Source of the DNA: an uncultured bacterium
GTDB lineage: Bacteria > Abyssobacteria > SURF-5
Assembly: GCA_964607485.1 (NCBI GenBank)
Contig: CAZSKP010000054.1
Span: forward strand, 1 to 26,346
Length of the DNA: 26,346 nucleotides
Reading direction: 5' to 3'
Each line of letters begins with the position of its first letter. Positions within the stretch are counted from its first letter, which is position 1. Positions 24,578-26,346 of this stretch are shown piece after piece. The notes beneath the pieces are model-generated. The model worked only from the letters and a program-made list of their open reading frames with translations, was not told the origin of the DNA and made no database searches. Position numbers and translations under genes: made by a program.

Positions 24578-25435
24578 CTACGCTTCCTCAACCGCCTCCC
24601 TCAGAATTCGAACCGACTGAACAGGGTCAACCGTATGTACCTCCAACACCACCGGCCCGTCGAAATTCGCGGCGCGCAGCATCCGGATGACGCCGTGCAC
24701 GTCGACTATGCCCACGCCAAGCTCCTGGTGGTCGTCCATGACCCTCACCCGTTTGTCAAACAGCCTCCACGTCACATCGTGCATGTGAACCTGGCCCAAC
24801 CGCGAGCCGTATCTTCCTATGAACTCGCCGATATCCTCGTTTCTGAGCTTAATGTGCCCCACGTCCATGCAGATTTTCGTATCGAACTGTTCCACGAGCG
24901 GGAGCAGTTTTTCAAACGCGATGTACTCAAGATTCTCGATGCAGAGCCTTTCAGGCGGCACGAACTCCACTATCCGGGCCAGGCTCTCCTCCGCGCAAGA
25001 GAGGTATGCCCCGACCACCGCGCCGTCGCGCAGGCCGACAGCCATGAGGTCCTCCAGGAGGCCGGAAATATGCAGAACATACGAGATCGGCTCCAGGGGC
25101 GAGCACTGCTCGGCTATATCCTTCACAACGTCCTCCGACGCGCGCCGGATGGAATCGATGCTGGTGGTGAAATTGACGCCGCCCATGAACGGCAGATGCA
25201 CGGAGAATGTGACGCCGTCGGCTTCGCGCAACTCTCTCAGACCGCCCGAAGCTTCCTCCTTGAACCTGTCACGCAGCGGTCCGGGCAGCACCGCCACGGC
25301 CTCGCCGCTGATCTCGATGTGATCCGCACCCGCGCTCACAAGCCTGCGCGCTTCATCGGCCAGCGAGTGCTTGCCGTCGGCGCTCAAAAACGCCCGCGCA
25401 ATCTTCTTCGGCTCAATCATCGTGCCGACTCTCAT
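24578..25435 (-). CDS. Xylose isomerase/AP endonuclease 2-like TIM-barrel metalloenzyme
   Basis: SVHLPF, VLH, IENLE, MDVGH, HMHD, DHQELGVG and VVLEV metal-binding pattern. Confidence 0.85.
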   Translation of the reverse strand: MRVGTMIEPKKIARAFLSADGKHSLADEARRLVSAGADHIEISGEAVAVLPGPLRDRFKEEASGGLRELREADGVTFSVHLPFMGGVNFTTSIDSIRRASEDVVKDIAEQCSPLEPISYVLHISGLLEDLMAVGLRDGAVVGAYLSCAEESLARIVEFVPPERLCIENLEYIAFEKLLPLVEQFDTKICMDVGHIKLRNEDIGEFIGRYGSRLGQVHMHDVTWRLFDKRVRVMDDHQELGVGIVDVHGVIRMLRAANFDGPVVLEVHTVDPVQSVRILREAVEEA

Positions 25436-25535
25436 CGCATTTTCTCCCTTATCGTCTTGGTGGACCCTTGCAACAATTCGAGATGAACATGAAAAGATCG
25501 CCGGAACAACGCGACGACAGCCCCGGCTGCTGCAT

Positions 25536-26346
25536 TCACATGCCGTCGCCCGACAGATAGTCCGGGGGATAGAGGCTCTGGTAGACGACGTAGGACCTCA
25601 GAACCTTCTTGACGTATCTTCGGGTTTCGTCGGCGGGAATGCTCTCGACGAACACGTCGAAATCACCCGGCGGCGATTTGCTCATCCACTTTCTCAGGTT
25701 GGTTTCTCCCCAGTTGTACGCCGCTATCGCGAGCACCATGTTGTTGTCAAACTTGTCGAGCAGATACCGCAGGTAATAGTTGCCCAGCTCGATGTTGACC
25801 GACGGGAGAAAAAGCGCCGACTGGTCGAAGGCCGCCGGCCCGTACACCTTTCCGGCCAGCCATTCGCCCGTGCTGGGCAGAATCTGCATCAGGCCGCGCG
25901 CGTCGGAAGTGGAAATCGCGTCCTCACGGAAGTGGCTTTCCTCGCGCATGACGGCCAGCGAGAGCGCCGGTTTGATGTCATACTTCGAGGACGTCTCTCC
26001 CACCAGATCGGGATATGCCGGCGGGTATAAGATGTACTGAACCCGGGTGGCTCGGGGCGGCTCTGAAAACTTGCCCCTGAGAGACGACGCAAGACGGACT
26101 GATTTGTTGTATGACTGCCACTGGAAGAGTGCCCATGCGAGCGCGTATCTGGCGTCTGCGTCCGAGGCTTCTCGGGAAATGTCCTCAAGCTCCCATGCGG
26201 CTTCGGACAGGTGATTCAGCATGAGAAACTTCAACCGCTCCAGCGTCTGCCGGTTCCAGTAGGCCAACTGATTCTCTATCGAGGCGAACGCCGCCTCGGG
26301 GGTCTCGCCCTCGAGCGAAACGAAAGGCTCTCGGTCGAAGGCGAAC
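25536..26346 (-). CDS. Soluble lytic transglycosylase (Slt70-like), 5'-truncated by the window edge
   Basis: AVMREESHF, ARGLMQI, AAYNWG and ETRRYVKKV. The frame stays open from 26267 to the window end. Confidence 0.9.
   Translation of the reverse strand, partial: FAFDREPFVSLEGETPEAAFASIENQLAYWNRQTLERLKFLMLNHLSEAAWELEDISREASDADARYALAWALFQWQSYNKSVRLASSLRGKFSEPPRATRVQYILYPPAYPDLVGETSSKYDIKPALSLAVMREESHFREDAISTSDARGLMQILPSTGEWLAGKVYGPAAFDQSALFLPSVNIELGNYYLRYLLDKFDNNMVLAIAAYNWGETNLRKWMSKSPPGDFDVFVESIPADETRRYVKKVLRSYVVYQSLYPPDYLSGDGM

Noticed and set aside
25457-25472. TTGGTGGACCCTTGCA as a sigma54 promoter
   Set aside because: Spacing is N9 rather than N10, and it points antisense to the flanking genes.

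Overview
GC-rich bacterial chromosomal window dominated by a minus-strand type IV pilus locus (17441 to 109). In transcription order it contains: a PilB-N-terminal/MshEN-like domain fused to a DnaA AAA+ domain that lacks the DNA-binding domain IV, then pilB, pilT, pilS, pilR, pilC, an NDP-sugar SDR enzyme, a hexapeptide acyltransferase, a Dpm1-like GT2, two tandem DUF2723/TMEM260-like membrane glycosyltransferases with TPR tails, and two paralogous cysteine-free pilins. Each pilin has its own sigma54 -24/-12 promoter. A divergent plus-strand signalling cluster follows: hybrid histidine kinase, NtrC-like activator with a non-canonical GAFTGA loop, a sigma54 promoter, a single-domain receiver and a soluble Ser/Thr kinase. 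The window ends with minus-strand housekeeping genes (M28 peptidase, methylmalonyl-CoA epimerase, TIM-barrel enzyme, truncated lytic transglycosylase). The two strongest candidates for undescribed biology are (1) a putative pilin O-glycosylation pathway built on bacterial TMEM260-like transferases and (2) the pilus-domain/DnaA chimera at the head of the pilB unit. All calls come from reading motifs by eye; no database search was run. No rRNA, tRNA, CRISPR array or mobile element was seen.
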